Assembly (NCBI RefSeq): GCF_009914755.1
Contig: NC_060929.1
DNA: 64,000 nucleotides
DNA from: the human T2T-CHM13v2.0 reference genome, Homo sapiens
Strand: one strand, 5' to 3'
The position numbers and the translations under genes are program-made. Under the pieces are notes generated by a model, which worked only from the letters and a program-made list of their open reading frames with translations, searched no databases and was not told where the DNA came from. Shown here one piece after another: positions 40,571 to 54,759 of the stretch. The first letter of the stretch is position 1; each line of letters starts with the position of its first letter.

Positions 40571-42689
40571 GATAGTAAGTGCAGAAAAACTGTTTTAAAT
40601 GTTTGACATTCATTCCAATTCACTGCACCACCAGGAAAGTCAGTCATCTGGCAACATCGCTAGCCCACTGGCCCTTCCACATTCTGCAGCTAGTCAATCT
40701 TCCCATCCTTTTCGGCCTGGACCCCTGGGCCAATATTTCCAGCAATCTGCTTTACAGTGACTTCAGTCTCTTTGTCCCCTGGCCTTTCACAATGCCCACC
40801 TTGCCAATCACATCCCTTACATCAAACCCACTGTTTATCTGTGCCAGCTTCTGGGCAGCCATTCAGTGATATCTGTAAAATTCAGCCAGGTACTGGTGCT
40901 TTTGCTCAATCATCTCTTTTCCTTCTTCTCCCATCAGTCCCCCTTCCTGTTTTGCACTGCGCTCATCTCCTTAGACCCAACCAGCCACCTGTTCTTTGCA
41001 GTGTGCCTTTGAATACCAAGGTCATGCAAGTTGAGGTCTCTCTACATGTTTCTCTATCTTTACCCATTTTTCTCTCTTCACTCTTCTTTCAGAGTAACAC
41101 TCTTATTTCAGAGTAACTTATTTCAGAGTAACTTGCCACCAACTGAACCTTGATCTATCAATTGTGTGCAAATTATTTTTAATACATTGCTTAAAATTTA
41201 CTCATGGTACAAATTCAAACTTATTTTTAATCCTTATCATATCTATGAAAAATACTGTCTTTGTTAGCAGAGCATTCATCATCCTAAAATAAACTATGAG
41301 AAGGGCTAGACTTTCCTCATCTTTATCTCAGGACAGGATGAAGTAGGTTAAGCTCCAATCAACTCGATCTTAATTAGCCCCCAAATGATGCTTTACTTCC
41401 ATTTCTAAAGCCTTAGTTAGTGAATTACTGGATAAAAAATAAGTTTAATAAGTAAAGAAAGGCAAAAGTCATGAATATCTCTACAAATGAGGTATTTTAG
41501 TGTATATTCCATTAACAAGTTTTAAGATGTCATCAATTGTAAGATATTTTTTAAATAAGAGGATTTGGGGGAAAATTAAAAGTACAAATGTCAATTTAAA
41601 CCAGATTTCAGAAATATGAATATGAAAATGTGAGAAAAACAAACTGGATCTTATAATTAAGACAACACAGCAAGTTTTCCCCCTAGAATTATGTTTCTGT
41701 CTGTCTAGTATGTAGCTGTCTAACTTGGTCATTTTACAAAATTCCTATTCATGCCACAATCCCCTTTGTTAAAAAGTTTTGCTTCATTTTTTGTTTTATA
41801 GGGAAGAACTATCTGAGACACCTGGTAACCATTTCTTTCTTAGTTTAGAAATTGGTTTTGTGGTACTATTACTCAATAATCCTATTCAGAAATATAAGCA
41901 TAGCTTCAGTAAAGGTTGAAATATCAAAAGGAAAGAAAAGCCTATAACTGAGGGAGCTTTTTTGAATATGGAATAAAACATGAATCTAGACATTAGAAAA
42001 TTGGAACATATTTTTCCATGTTCTACCCCAGTAGAAGTTTAGAGAAGAAAAGAGTTAACTTGCTCTAAAATGCAGTATATTTCTTTCGGCAAACACCCAT
42101 ATGTGTTAGTGTGTGCATGTTTTTCTTATTAGGTGAAAAAATCATGCTAGGTCTGGATTTTAGCATCTTCTTGCTAGAAGCAACTGATTGTACCTATCAA
42201 GCCCAAGACAGAGCCCGGACAAAAGTATTTTCCTGCCTGGTGGGCTCACAGTTTGTGCAGCTTTATGTATGTATGAACATCCATTCATATATGTGTATAC
42301 ATATGTGCGTGTGTATAGTGTGTATACACATGTATATTTTTAATGACATTTTGGAAAGGATACAATAGTGTTTGTATTTTGCAGTGAGTGCGCCAGTTCA
42401 TAATCTATGTTTATTAGAATGAACTAAATTCCTTGAGCCTCTGCCATTTTTCCTACCCCCTACGAAGATTCTGTTTTCCCCTCTTCTAAAATATAACACT
42501 GGAGAGAAGTGCCAAATCAACAGCCCAGAAATCGGGAAGCTCCTTTTTTAATTCCCATCCTGTAGTACTCCCCTTGGATTTCTGTGCCAAAGCTGGCTGA
42601 GAGCGCTCTCACTTCAGCTTCCTATTTAACTTGGCTGGTACTATCTTCCTGGTGAATCATTTCACGAATTTGGGCATGGGTACTGATCT

Positions 42690-43020
42690 CATACATCAAA
42701 CACACAAGTACATACATACAATGCACACACACAAACTCAGGAACACCTCCATGAATGCTGACCACATGCACTTGCATATGCAAGCATCAGGCATGCGCAC
42801 ACCCCCACCACCACATTCATGTGCATATGCAGACATGCACATACATGTGCACCTCCATGCTCACATACATGCGCACATGCAAGCACAGGCATACATGCAT
42901 ACATGTGTTTATACACATATGCACACAATTTGGTGAGCACACATGCACGTACATGCATATGCATATTCATGTACAACACACACTTATACTCGTGCGTACG
43001 TGCACACACATACACACGTA
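42690..43020. repeat. Degenerate (CA/TG/CATG) alternating purine-pyrimidine repeat
   Basis: Read directly (cacatgca, catacatg variants over ~330 bp). Confidence 0.9.
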
Positions 43021-46000
43021 GACCTGATGCCCTTTTTCTCTTTAGCACCTAAAATTTTTCCTCTGCTCCCATTTTCTCATTTCCCTTTTCCCCTTCAGCA
43101 TTCCCAATATTGACATGCTTGAGGTTATTATATAGTTCATCATTGTTCAGAATATGCTATCTCTACTCACAAGGTCTGGATTTATCTTTCCACAAGACCA
43201 TTGAACAGTCCTGTGTGCCAGCTATGGAAGTTTTCATAACCTGCCTGAATAGAAGAAACATCAAATCACTGAAGCTTAACCCTAAAGAAGTGAGGGTCAC
43301 CTCAGCCTTGCCTTCTGACTCAGGCTGTTCATGTTGTAATAAGTGAGGGACATGGAATTGAGCACTTCACAAAGCCTTCTTTATAGCCAGGAGTGTGATC
43401 ACAAGTAGGGATTTCCATGTATTTCCTGACACATTTCCCTCTTACTTTGTTGTGAAGGGATCTTGATTTTCATGTTCTAGCACTTCCCCCATGGTGCGGT
43501 TTTCTTTGCACTAGACTGAAGAAAGAGAGTTTTAAGTTGCTTCTTCTGCAAGGGCAAGAAGTCGCATGGATTGGGGAGTGGGTTTACCCTTCCCTATAGA
43601 TCTTATCTCTGCTCTTTCTTCTGTTGTTTCGTGCATTGAGAATGGCATTGTTGGGTCTGATGTCTGCTAAGTCTCTAGAAAATACTGGAAACAAGAGCAA
43701 GGGGAAGGTGGCATCTCTTAGCTGAATTACCCAAGTCCATTGAATCCTGCCTTCTTGTTTTGCATGCACCTGGGCTTCCCAAGCCTCTGAGCTCAGGATT
43801 TTCCAACCTGCTAGCGTATGGCCCAACAAACCAACGGCATGGAAGCCCTTGAACAATAAACAAATAATAGGAATTGGCTTTTCTAAGAAAATCAGACAAA
43901 TAAAAGAAACAAATTTACTGAAAGGATTTATTAGCCAGACTTAAGAAATGTCGACCAGCACCAATCCTATGAGGTTCTTAGGATATTTTCCCTGTCTTTT
44001 GCTTATCACTCCAACCCAGACCCTGTGCCAAAACTCATTACCACTGGGGCTATCTCGACAGCCCCACACTGTAGCATTTCTCCCCAGGATTGGTGGGGCC
44101 TGGAAACGCATCATAGGTGAGGAAATGGCTTCCAAATGTTAGCTTAGAAGGGCTGAACTACTGATGTAGATAATTAATTGAAAACCTTCTACCCATTTCT
44201 TTTTTTCTTTTTAGGTTCTTTAAATGGAATACTCTCTCTTTCTTGTTGATAGAACTTAAGAGTATCTACTTTATACTGATTTTAGTGTGAGGCTCAAAGG
44301 ATGCCAAGAAACACAGGACATAGCTTCTGACCTCAAAAATCTCTTGGTCTTGGAAGGAAGAGGCAGATAAATTAGTATTATGGCTTATCTGGAGTACATA
44401 ATCAATGGACAATGATTGGGAAGGCTCAAGCAAAGATCCCAAGAGGGAAGCTGTGTTGACATGATAGGCCAGAGGAGATAGATTTTAAATTATGTGTTAG
44501 GAGAAAGAGTACAGTTAGTTACAATAATCTAAAATTCAAGCAGGGGAGAAAATATCTACAAAAAAATAGTGAACACCTGGTTTCTTTGAGGATTTCTTAA
44601 GAAGTCTTCAGCTGGAGGCAGGTGGCATGGGCTACGGTAGAGGCCCAGATGAAGGGGCTATAGAGGCCATGACAACCCGTTAATCCAAAATGAGCCATTG
44701 AAGGGTTTAAAGCACTGGAATTAAAATATCATTTTCAATTGTTTTAACCCCTGGGATGTTTTGATTTTATGGTTATGAACAAAGATATGTTCAACAGAAT
44801 TCTACCAAGGTTGATAAATTATTATTGAGACAGGATTTCCTAGGGACAATAAGACTAAGCCAATTTAATTGCTCAATCGGTTTCATATACCTTTCCATAT
44901 AGTGTCATTTATGCAGAGTAAATGATAAGGTCACATTTTCTTTAGAGTCAAAATGACAGATGAAAAAGTTCACGTAGCAGAGTGGTGGGTTCAAAACTTG
45001 CCTCTTTGGATTCTCATTTTATATAGAACATGCAAGCTTCTGAATACGAAATATATTCCCACTGCATTCTACTATTTTTCAGTTTGAGGATTCAGCTATT
45101 TTAGAAGTTTCCGTTATTAGGGATTAAACAAATTATATTTTTTTAAGCGACTGAACATGTTTTAAATAGGATTTTTATGAAGAGGAAAAGTAGAAGTCCA
45201 GCAATTAGGCACACTTTATTTGCTGCCATCGCTCTGAAAGTGGTGGAGTTTGGAGTGAAGGTATAATCCTTGCAGCCATTGCACAGACCCACAGGCGTCT
45301 GCCAGTGTGTGCCAGGAGCCCGAGGCTCTTCAAGGCCATGGAGGAGCATGGCCCCCCATTCAGCCCACATTAACTCTGGAGTGCAGAAAAGTGACGAGGT
45401 CCTTTGTAGTGGAAACAGTAACTCCTGTCACGAAGGCTTGAAAACAAGTCACTTGGGTGTTGATGATGACTGGAAAACTGTATTTTGAAGGATCCCAAGG
45501 TATCTCTTTAACATTCATGCCTTCTCCCACAATCTGCTAGTCTGCCGACTTCAGCTTTCATCTCCTGGAATACCACCCAGTTCTCGCTGTTGCATCGTAT
45601 CTGTGAAATGTGCATCATTCCCCTGCCTTTCATCTGAGAGTTTATACCAAGATTCAAGTTTTCATCGGCAGTGGGTTCATGTCAGTTAGAATTAATGGCA
45701 GTTTCACTCATTGGCTTTTATTGTTAATATTTACATACCTTCCAGATTGTGGCTTTTGGGTAGGGAGGCCAATGGAATGCAAAATGAGCCAAAGTCAAGA
45801 AGCACAGAGCTTTGCTCCTTTCCTTGAAAAAAATGTTGCATTTTATTTGTTTTTAATAAATAAAATGAGCTTTACAGCTTCCAGTAAAATAGCCAAAAAT
45901 AAAATAGAAGACTGTTTTATGCAAGTCTTAGGAATCCAAATGAATACTAAGCAGTGGTATTTGGGAGCTGGGTAAAAACTTTCTGACACAAGCATTACTA

Positions 46001-46123
46001 TGCCTATAATACAGAAATCCGAAGGGAAAAAAAATCAGTTTCAAGTCTTTTTTATAACTTTATTTTCAAGTGACTAAAATTTACATAAAGCCATCTTTAC
46101 TCAACTTTGGGTCTTTTTTTATA

Positions 46124-46467
46124 TTTTATTTTATTTTATTTTATTTTATTTTATTCTATTCTATTCTATTTTATTTTATTTTATTTTTGAGACAGTCTTG
46201 CTCTGTTGCCTAGACTGCTGGAGTGGAGTGCAGTGGTGCAATCTCAGCTCACTGCAACCTTCACCTCCTGTATCCAAGTGCTCAGCCTCCCTGGTAGCTG
46301 GGACTACAGGCACACACTACCACACCTGGCTAATTTTTTGTATGTTTAGTAGAAATGGGGTTTCACCATGTTGGCCAGGCTGGCCTCGAACTCCTGGCCT
46401 CAAGTGATCTGCCCACCTCAGCCTCCCAAAGTGCTAGGATTACAGATGTCAGCTACCATGCCCGGCC
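46124..46467 (-). mobile_element. Alu (S/J) with (TATTT)n tail and small internal deletion
   Basis: Antisense dimer; TSD aactttgggtc (~46103) / aactttggtc (46468). Confidence 0.93.
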
Positions 46468-46869
46468 AACTTTGGTCCTTTCTAGCACTACCAAGACCAC
46501 TCTATCCTGCTTTCCTGACCTTGGCATTCAATTAAGTATTTTGAATGCTTCATCCTCAACTATGAACTGACCCTCCCGCTACCCGCCTCACTTTAAGTTC
46601 TCAAAATGAGATGACTTAGAAGTAGGTTGGACATGTTCTCAAGTATCCTAAAATAACCTGGGTTGTATGTGAAAGATTCGATGGACATAGGCACCTCATA
46701 CTCTGAACACTTTGCCTCCTTGAATGCTTATTAACTTTTGCTAGGATGCTATACTTTTTATACCATCCATCTCTTCTGAAATTTTATTAATTTCAGAATA
46801 AAAAAATTAATTAATTTTTTTTGGCTTCTTGAGTAAGTGTTTTCCCTTTCTGGTTGAAGGACTTATAGC

Positions 46870-47090
46870 AAAGGAATTGAGCATGACCTTTGGAATCAGC
46901 TCTTCAATACAATCAAAGCTGCATCGAGAGGCTGTGTGCCCTTGGTTTACCTTTCTGAGCCTCTGTTTTTGAATCTGCAAAGCGGGATTGATTAAAATAA
47001 ATACAGACTGTAACCTCTGTGGGGTAGAAACTGTATCTGTTTGCTCACAGGTGTTATTCCAGAGGAAATGCTTGGGCAAGCAGAACTTTG
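46870..47090 (+). mobile_element. MIR fragment followed by L2-like end
   Basis: ctttggaatcag...tttacctttctgagcctctgtttttgaatctgcaaagcgggatt. Confidence 0.65.
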
Positions 47091-47499
47091 TCTAAAATAC
47101 CACAGTGTACTTCCTGTTGGAATTCGAAGTTGGTAGTTCTACCTTTGTCAAATACCCTGACTTCTCTTTTGAGATTTTCACACTGCTAATTCCCAAAGGA
47201 GATTTATTTTAAATAGGTGATCTTTGAAGGTCTCTGCTGTTCTGAAAGTCTGAATATCTAGCATGCATATATGAATTGGATTTTAGCTGTACTGTCATTG
47301 TTATTTCCGGAATCAAAGGGACTTACTGGCTTCCTGCAACATGACTTGGGGAACTCCAACTCCTTTTGCAAAGTCAAGCTCGGGGGATCTATCACCCAAT
47401 TTATTTTTGTATAAATGTTTTTCCATGTCTTCCTAATTGACTCCACTCCCCATCCTGTTGCTGTGGAACTGGCCCTGCTCCGAGGACCTCACCTGAAGC

Positions 47500-48190
47500 T
47501 GTGTGGTGTAGAAAGGATGTGCTGGGCTTATTGTCTGACAAATTGGGTCCTGTTTTGGGGCCACTCACAGAAGAGCTGGTGACCAGGGCAAGTTACAACT
47601 TCCCTGTAGCTCAGTGTCTGCATCTCTAAAACAGGGTAATCACCACTGTCCTCTCTGCCTCCCTGGAGACAATGTACGTGAAAGCAGTGTGAAAAATCTC
47701 CTGGGATGAACAAGTTCAGGATGAGCCATTGGTAGTATTGAAAAGCACAGATCCTACAGAACCCTCTGGGACTAAAGGGGGCCAAAGTCAAATACATAGT
47801 TCAAAACAGGTTAAGTGAGTCTTGATATCTGAATTATTTTATCCATTGTATAGTGGAAAGAATATGGGTTTTGAGGTCATATTATAGATCGGGATTCATA
47901 CAAATTAAAAATAAGCCAATTTCTAAGCACAACAAAGCAGGCTTCAGTTAAGAAAGTCCAGTTTGAGTCAATAGTTTGGGTTGGATTTTTTTTTTTCTTT
48001 TCTTAAGAATTTACCGGTTCGGTGATCTCTGACATATCATTTAACCTCTCTGAGCCTCAGTTTCCTTATCAGCACAATGATGATACTACTGCCCATTTTT
48101 CAGCTTCTTATGTGTGAATTAGAGAGAAAATATATAAAGCACTGAGCATAGTCCTGAAGACACACATGCCCAAAAGACATATTTATTATT
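47500..48190 (+). mobile_element. Tandem MIR fragments
   Basis: gtgaccagggcaagttacaacttccctgtagctcagtgtctgcatctctaaaacaggg; catttaacctctctgagcctcagtttccttatc. Confidence 0.75.
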
Positions 48191-48910
48191 GTTTCTAGTT
48201 TTTATGTTTTTCAGGTATACAACTAAACCTGATGTTGAACTCAATCCATATGTTAATAATGCTTTTTTTAGGTATGAAGCATTATTCTGCATTTATATGC
48301 AAATAAAGACAAAAAGATGTCTACCCATAAAAGCAAAGACAGGTTGGGAATGTAGTTAAAGTAGATGAGAAGAAGGAAATTCTTTGTCAAATTGAAGATT
48401 CCATTCCTATTAAAAACACGCATAACTTACGAGCTAAATTTCAGGATGGAAACACTTTTTGAAATGGATTGGCCTACATACTTGTGAAGACTCCGCGGGA
48501 CCAAGTCCTGTTCTTCTGTCAATACCCATGGTTTCAATAACATAGCACAGAGGACTAGAGAGAGAAGGCAGTTCTTTGGTGACAAGAATTGAGATTTTAG
48601 GACAACACTAGGATGTGAGAAAAATTCCTAAGGGTTTGAGTTCAGAGATCCTGGAGACCAGAAGGAAGCTTCGAACAGCTGGAGTGGGGTTTCCACAGGA
48701 AAAGATGTGTTTCTAAGGAGGTAAAAGGTGAAGTGCATGTTTGATGAACTGAGAATGAGTGCAGAATGACAGGCAATTAATAGCCTAAGCTGTGGAAGAA
48801 GTTCGAGTTAGGACTAATGGACAGAAGAAAGCAAAATCTAAATAACCAGAATATTTGCAATAAAGTACATGCGAGAGAGTCTTCTGCAGAACTGAGCAGA
48901 TCCTCCAGAA

Positions 48911-49132
48911 CAGTGGTTCTCAACCAGTGGCGATTTTGCCACCTCAAGGAATGTTGCCCTGTCTGGTGATGTTTTTGTTTTGTACACGTGGGTGAGTGCT
49001 ACTAGCATCTAGTGGATAGAATCCAGGGATGCTGCTGAACATCCTGAAATGTACAAGTCAACACCCTCCCACCACCCCCAACAAATAATTACCTGGCCCA
49101 GGTGTCAAAAGCACACAGGTTGAGAACCCTTG
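48911..49132 (+). mobile_element. MER20 hAT-Charlie DNA transposon, full length
   Basis: cagtggttctcaacc...gcatctagtggatagaatccagggatgctgctgaacatcct...ggttgagaacccttg; degenerate 8-bp TSD ctccagaa/ctgtagaa. Confidence 0.92.
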
Positions 49133-50534
49133 CTGTAGAATGGCATATTCCAAACTGCACTCCACTGCATGCAAAGGATAATAACACATTTTCTGTGGGT
49201 TAAAAAGAGGGGGGGGCTTGGGGAAGGGAGGTTCTAAGATCCAATAAACTGAGGAAGCTCTGTGTCTAATAAACAGATTTCTTTATTATAGAATGATTCT
49301 GAGTACTTAAAAACAAAAAGCATTTCCAAAAACAATTTTCTAAGAAATAACTTTGAAGTTACAAGTGTTCCACAAAACACGGGACAGGAAACACTGATCT
49401 AGTATTTCATATTAATTAGTTTTTGATAGAATATTACTAATTACCTACTTGAAAAAGAGTAGACATATTTGACATTAAATTGTTAAAAATAAACAAACAG
49501 TTAAACATAAAACCTAGCCATGCATATGAAAAAAATATGAAAGCACACAAAGATTGCATACTGACAGAGAATGCATCATCCGGATAGTCCAGGCAGTGAT
49601 GAAACCAACGGATGTTCCAGTACATACTTCCCTTCTACCATCTGTAGCACTAAGAATGACAAGAGTCTGATGTCTCATCAATATGCCGGGATGCTAATAC
49701 AACCTTTTCCTTAGTAGGCACTCTATATTTGAATTTATTGTAGATACTTAAGTGATTCTCCCCACCCCTGTTTGTAAGTGAGTAGTTATAGCAGATGCTC
49801 ACATCAGATTGCTGTGTTTGTAAAAGGATTCTATTCATTTGCATGTTTTTCTCTGAAATATTGCATTTATTTATTTCAGTGCATCTTCTTAGAAGATGTA
49901 TTCAATAGGGAGCAAGAATAATATATACTCGTGGTTGAATGCGAGACCATAATTTAAATAGAGGTATTGGACTGACATCAGAGATTTGAGTGAAAGTGGA
50001 AGCCCAGAGGAAGGAAGGGGACAATTTATTATTGTTTACATATTACACTGCAGCTTTAGATTCCCTTAGTTACTACTTGAATGTAAAATGTATTACTCAG
50101 AAGAGGATCTGGAATGAACTCTATGCAGAAGACGAAGTTGGGTGGGTGTTGTGCTGGAATGAAAGCTGCAGTCGTCTTTGCAGATGCCAGTGTACTGGGA
50201 AATAGGCATGTGTATTTAGCATAATAAAGTCCTGCATTCTCATTGCCCAATCACTTAATTTTCTAAAAGAAAACTTATATCCTATCTCTCTTTTGATCCT
50301 ACTTACTACAATATTAAGGGATTTAACAGCCTTAAGACCTTTTGTCCTTCAATCATTCATTAGTTTGATGTTATACCTAATCCCCATTTCCATTTGCAGA
50401 GAAGTCAGTGAATAGAATCAGCTACCATTATTAAACAGGTTTTAAAAAACGTACCACATCACTTGAAAAAAAAAATGATGAGGATTTTTTGGAGTGGTTT
50501 AATTTTGTATCTAATGCAACTAAAAACCTTACAT

Positions 50535-51037
50535 ATTCTTTTTTTCTATTGCTGTCATAACAGATTACCACCAACAGACGCTTAAGCGAACACACATTGA
50601 TTATCCTACGGTTCTATAGGTAAGAGATCCGACTGGATTTCCACTGGGCTAAAATCAAGGTGTTAGTTGGGTTTCGTCTCTTTCTGGAGCACATAGCAAA
50701 GATTCTTTCTTCGCTTGGATTCCTGCTTCAAGAGGCTGTTTCCATTCCTTGGTTCATGGCCCCTTCCTTCATCTTCAAAGCCAGAAGTGTAGCCTCTCTT
50801 TGAGCCTGCTTTAGTTGTCACATTTCCCTCTGACCACAGCCAGGAAAATTTCCCCACTTAGAAGGACATGTGGATGAGTTCAAACTCACTTGGATAATCC
50901 AAAATATTCTCCCCACCTCAGGGCTCTTAACCTTAATCACATCTGGAAAGTCCCTTTTGCTATGTAAAGTAACATATTCCCAAGTCCTAGGCATTAGGAC
51001 ATAGACATTGTTGGGAATTCATGATTCTGCCCACCGT
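50535..51037 (-). mobile_element. MLT1D/MLT1C-like (MaLR) solo LTR
   Basis: ctattgctgtcataacagattaccac...ctgggctaaaatcaaggtgt...cttcatcttcaaagccag...cttaatcacatctggaaagtcccttttgc. Confidence 0.88.
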
Positions 51038-51584
51038 GCTTTATTTCCTTCCATTTCCAATGCGATTTGACAGAAATTCCAAATGATTCCCCCCAAAATC
51101 AGAAAAACCTATTTCAAAGTGTTTTATAACACATTAGCTGTTACTTCTTTAGCTTTGAAGTGAAATTAACCCAGACGTGAAATCCTCAGCTCTGTTTCCT
51201 TCCCACTCATGCTGTAGAAATAAACCTCCCAAAGATGCTGAGTAGGCTCTGTCCCAGGGCCAATGATGGCTGGTGGAGGTTGGTGGGACATCTCCCCTCT
51301 CCACTTCCAGCTATAAATCCCCATGTGTCACCCAAAGCCTGCATGGCTCACTTAGAGAAGCTCAACTGAGTGACTTCTGCCTCCCCTCAGGCACTGACTC
51401 CTACAAGCAGACAATTACTGGTGTCAGCAAGCATGTGCCTGTGGCTCGCTGCATGATTAGCCGTTAATATTTGGTTTTGAACTCCATCAGAGATAAGCTG
51501 TTCTTGCAGCATATCAAACCAGGCAATCTAATGCAAAGGATGCTATGGTCAGAATAAAGAGTTGCTCATTTTCCAAGAGCTAAG

Positions 51585-51695
51585 TAGGTAGATAGATTGA
51601 TAGATAGATAAATAGATAGATGGATACATAGATATAGGTAGAGATACAGCTATAGATTTAGATACAGATACAGATATAGATATATAGAAATAGAG
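51585..51695. repeat. (TAGA)n / (GATACA)n microsatellite
   Basis: Read directly. Confidence 0.9.
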
Positions 51696-51761
51696 ATTTT
51701 TTAATAGACTAGTTTTTAGAATTCACGGATTCTTGTTGAGGGTGAAAAAGAAAAAGGGATA

Positions 51762-52041
<280 letters not shown>

Positions 52042-52650
52042 TCAAATACGTTTCTACTTCAATTTTAGGTCTCTTTCTCCTAAATATCAGAAAATGTCTT
52101 TGTCCAATATGAGTAGTCACGGAGAAATGAGGCAGTTTATTGGTAGTGAGAGTGTGATGAGGCAACCAACTACAAAAACCCTCTTTGGAGCTAGAATGAT
52201 AGTGTTAGATTTCTATATCCCTCAAGGACTTTAACATTATAACCACTATGTCTGTCATTAAATACACCTGAGGTTGTGTATTCAGTGATTATAACCCTAT
52301 TGGCATGCTTTTAAAAAAATTAAGGCTATTTTTTAGTCTGTGCCTGAAAACCACATTTTTAGGTCCCACTGTTGGCTAAGGAAAGAGTTAGGAGTTCATT
52401 CTTTGCCCAAGGTGCTGGGCTTATTTTATTAAAACATCCTTGCATGGTGACTTTCCTTATATTCAAAGTTCATTCCAGACGCCCAGCCTGATTTGGCCCC
52501 TGAGTCCTCATCTAGTGCCACTCTCTCCCTTGCTCACTCTTGTGCAGTCATGTTGGGCTTTTTCTGTTTCTGGAATGTACCGAATTCTCCAGTCTCCCCA
52601 CCCTTGCACTTGAGGCTAGGTCTTTTCCCGGCTCCTCCTTCATTCATAAG

Positions 52651-52690
52651 TGCATTCTCAGCAAAACCGCCAGAGGGCGCCTGACACGTG
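52651..52690 (+). promoter_or_regulatory. CTCF binding motif with upstream motif and adjacent E-box
   Basis: Core CCGCCAGAGGGCGC at 52667-52680, TGCATTCTC 7 bp upstream, CACGTG at 52685-52690. Confidence 0.7.
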
Positions 52691-52694
52691 AGCT

Positions 52695-53030
52695 CTGATC
52701 TGTCTTCAATGGCCTCCCATTTCACTCGAGATACAAGCCAAGGCTCTTATATCTAGCAGGAAGGCTCTCCACCATTTGAACTCAGTTTCTTCTCTGACCT
52801 CCTCTTCTGCCTACTTTCTTTTGGTTGCACCCCTGGACTTCGCTGTGTGCCTCAAATATGCTGGATATGCTCCCACCTCAAGACCTCTGCTGCTGCTGTT
52901 CCCTGTCCTAATAGTCTTCCTCTTAGTGTACACAAGGCTCCCTCCCTCTCTTCCTGCATCCTACTGCAGTTTCAGGTTCTAGACCAAGCATGTAGTAGGT
53001 GCTCAAGTAAATATCTATTGAATGAATGAA
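52695..53030 (+). mobile_element. L2 LINE 3' fragment
   Basis: tgctcccacctcaagacctctgc...gcatgtagtaggtgctcaagtaaatatctattgaatgaatgaa. Confidence 0.75.
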
Positions 53031-53519
53031 CGAAAGCAGGCATTACTGTTCATGGAGCCCTTTCTGACAACCCTTTATTTAGCAAAATGGGATTTGCACT
53101 CTGCTAAGGAACGTGAATCTAATGTAAAAGATGGTGTCCCAGAAGGCTGTGAACTTTAGTGTTCAGACACACTGAGGTATAAATATATGAGTTCCACAGC
53201 CCTTCTGACTTTCTGTGCAGCTGACAGTACCTGTTTGATGAGAATTAAGTTTCCTGGGTACTCTGTAATTTAACCAGGACAATTGTTGCAGTGAGACCAG
53301 AGATTGTTTCTTTTGCTTTTGCCCATTCTTGTCTTATATATCTCATTGCATCTTATATCAGTACAATATTGGTAAATACTAGCACAAATAGCAAACTTTC
53401 TATGTAGTACACCCGTTAGGCCTCAGTGTGACTTGCCTTCCTCTCCAACAGCAGCCTTGTAAATGGTTTTGGAAAAGACAATCTGTGGATAAATTACTAG
53501 TTTTTTTTTTTTTTCCCAT

Positions 53520-54120
53520 GTACTTACTGTGTGACTTTGGGCAAGTTTCTTAATGTCTCTGAATCTCTTCATGTATAAAACAGGGTTTTAAAAAATTCTA
53601 CTTCATGAAGTCCTCATGTATTCATTTAATAAATATTTCATTGAGCACTTACTATGGTTGAGGCATTATTTAGGTGCTAGGGAAAGAGGGATGTACAGGA
53701 CAAATAAGATGCCCAACTTTCATTCTATTGGGTGGAGGGAAGGAGGGAAGACAGTAGAGTAGGAAGGAGATGACGAATTCAGTAAGGTATTTTTCATGAG
53801 TGATGAGTGTTATCAAAGAAATAGGCCCAGGGAAATGAAATAGAAAGGGAAGAGATAGGAACACCACTTCAGGTTGAGTTATCAGAGAAGACTTCATTTC
53901 TTTGTGGCTGAGATCTAAATGCTGAGAAGAAACCAAACACACAAAGATCCTAGGGTATAATGTTCCAGGCAAGGGTAAAAGTAAAGTTCAAAGACCCTGA
54001 GACGGACAGTAGCTTGATGGTTTGGGGAACAGAAGGAAGACTGTCGAGCCCGCAGTCGTAGTGAGAGTGGTATTAAGGGAGCTCAGAGACATAAGCACAG
54101 GCTGGATTATGGCAGGTAAG
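53520..54120. mobile_element. MIR (+, ~53520-53615) followed by L2 (-, ~53615-54120)
   Basis: ctgtgtgactttgggcaagtttcttaa; ttcattgagcacttactatg...atcagagaagacttc...gttccaggcaagggtaa...aaagaccctgag. Confidence 0.8.
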
Positions 54121-54759
54121 CTCTGCAAAAAGTTTCTGGCAGAAATCATCTTACCACTCTTCCTGGCACCTCATAATTATCTAATAAATTTAAATGTCCT
54201 TTCTTTTCCAAATTTCAATTTTCTAATTAGAAGAAGGATTATATTTATTCTCCATTAAAATAAAGGGTATGAGCAAAGTTATGTTCAAATAGTTTGGTAT
54301 GCTTGTGCTAATTTACATTTGTCACCAATCATGATTTTAATTAAATACATGGGAAATGGATTCTTATTAAAATTCAATAAATTTTTTTTTTACCCCAAAT
54401 GTGGTCAAGTGTTTTCCCCTGGATTTATGTAAGCATAACTCCTATGATATGGTGTAAAATGAATCATACTTTTTTTTTAAAGATGCTTTTGTTTGAGTAT
54501 CTTCAAGAAAAATCTGTTGTGAGAAAGATCCTAAACATATGTATGTATAGATGCATATCTTTGAAAGCCTATGTGAATACCAAGGGAATCTGAACTTTTT
54601 CTTTGGAGATGTTTACATAATAAATCTATTTTCATCAATCTGGCATATTTTTCTCCTAGCACTGACTTACTGAATGCCGCTGACCACGTGCTGCCTCTCA
54701 TGCTAAATGCTTACTTAATTCATCACCAAATTCTGTAGACTGTACAGGCTAAACACCTC

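Noticed and set aside
42631-43052. His/Cys/Met-rich ORFs resembling metal-binding proteins
   Set aside because: Direct product of the degenerate CA/TG repeat.
54540-54660. Possible polyadenylation site (TGTA elements, AATAAA at 54619)
   Set aside because: No clear GU-rich downstream element or linked terminal exon; AATAAA is frequent in AT-rich DNA.
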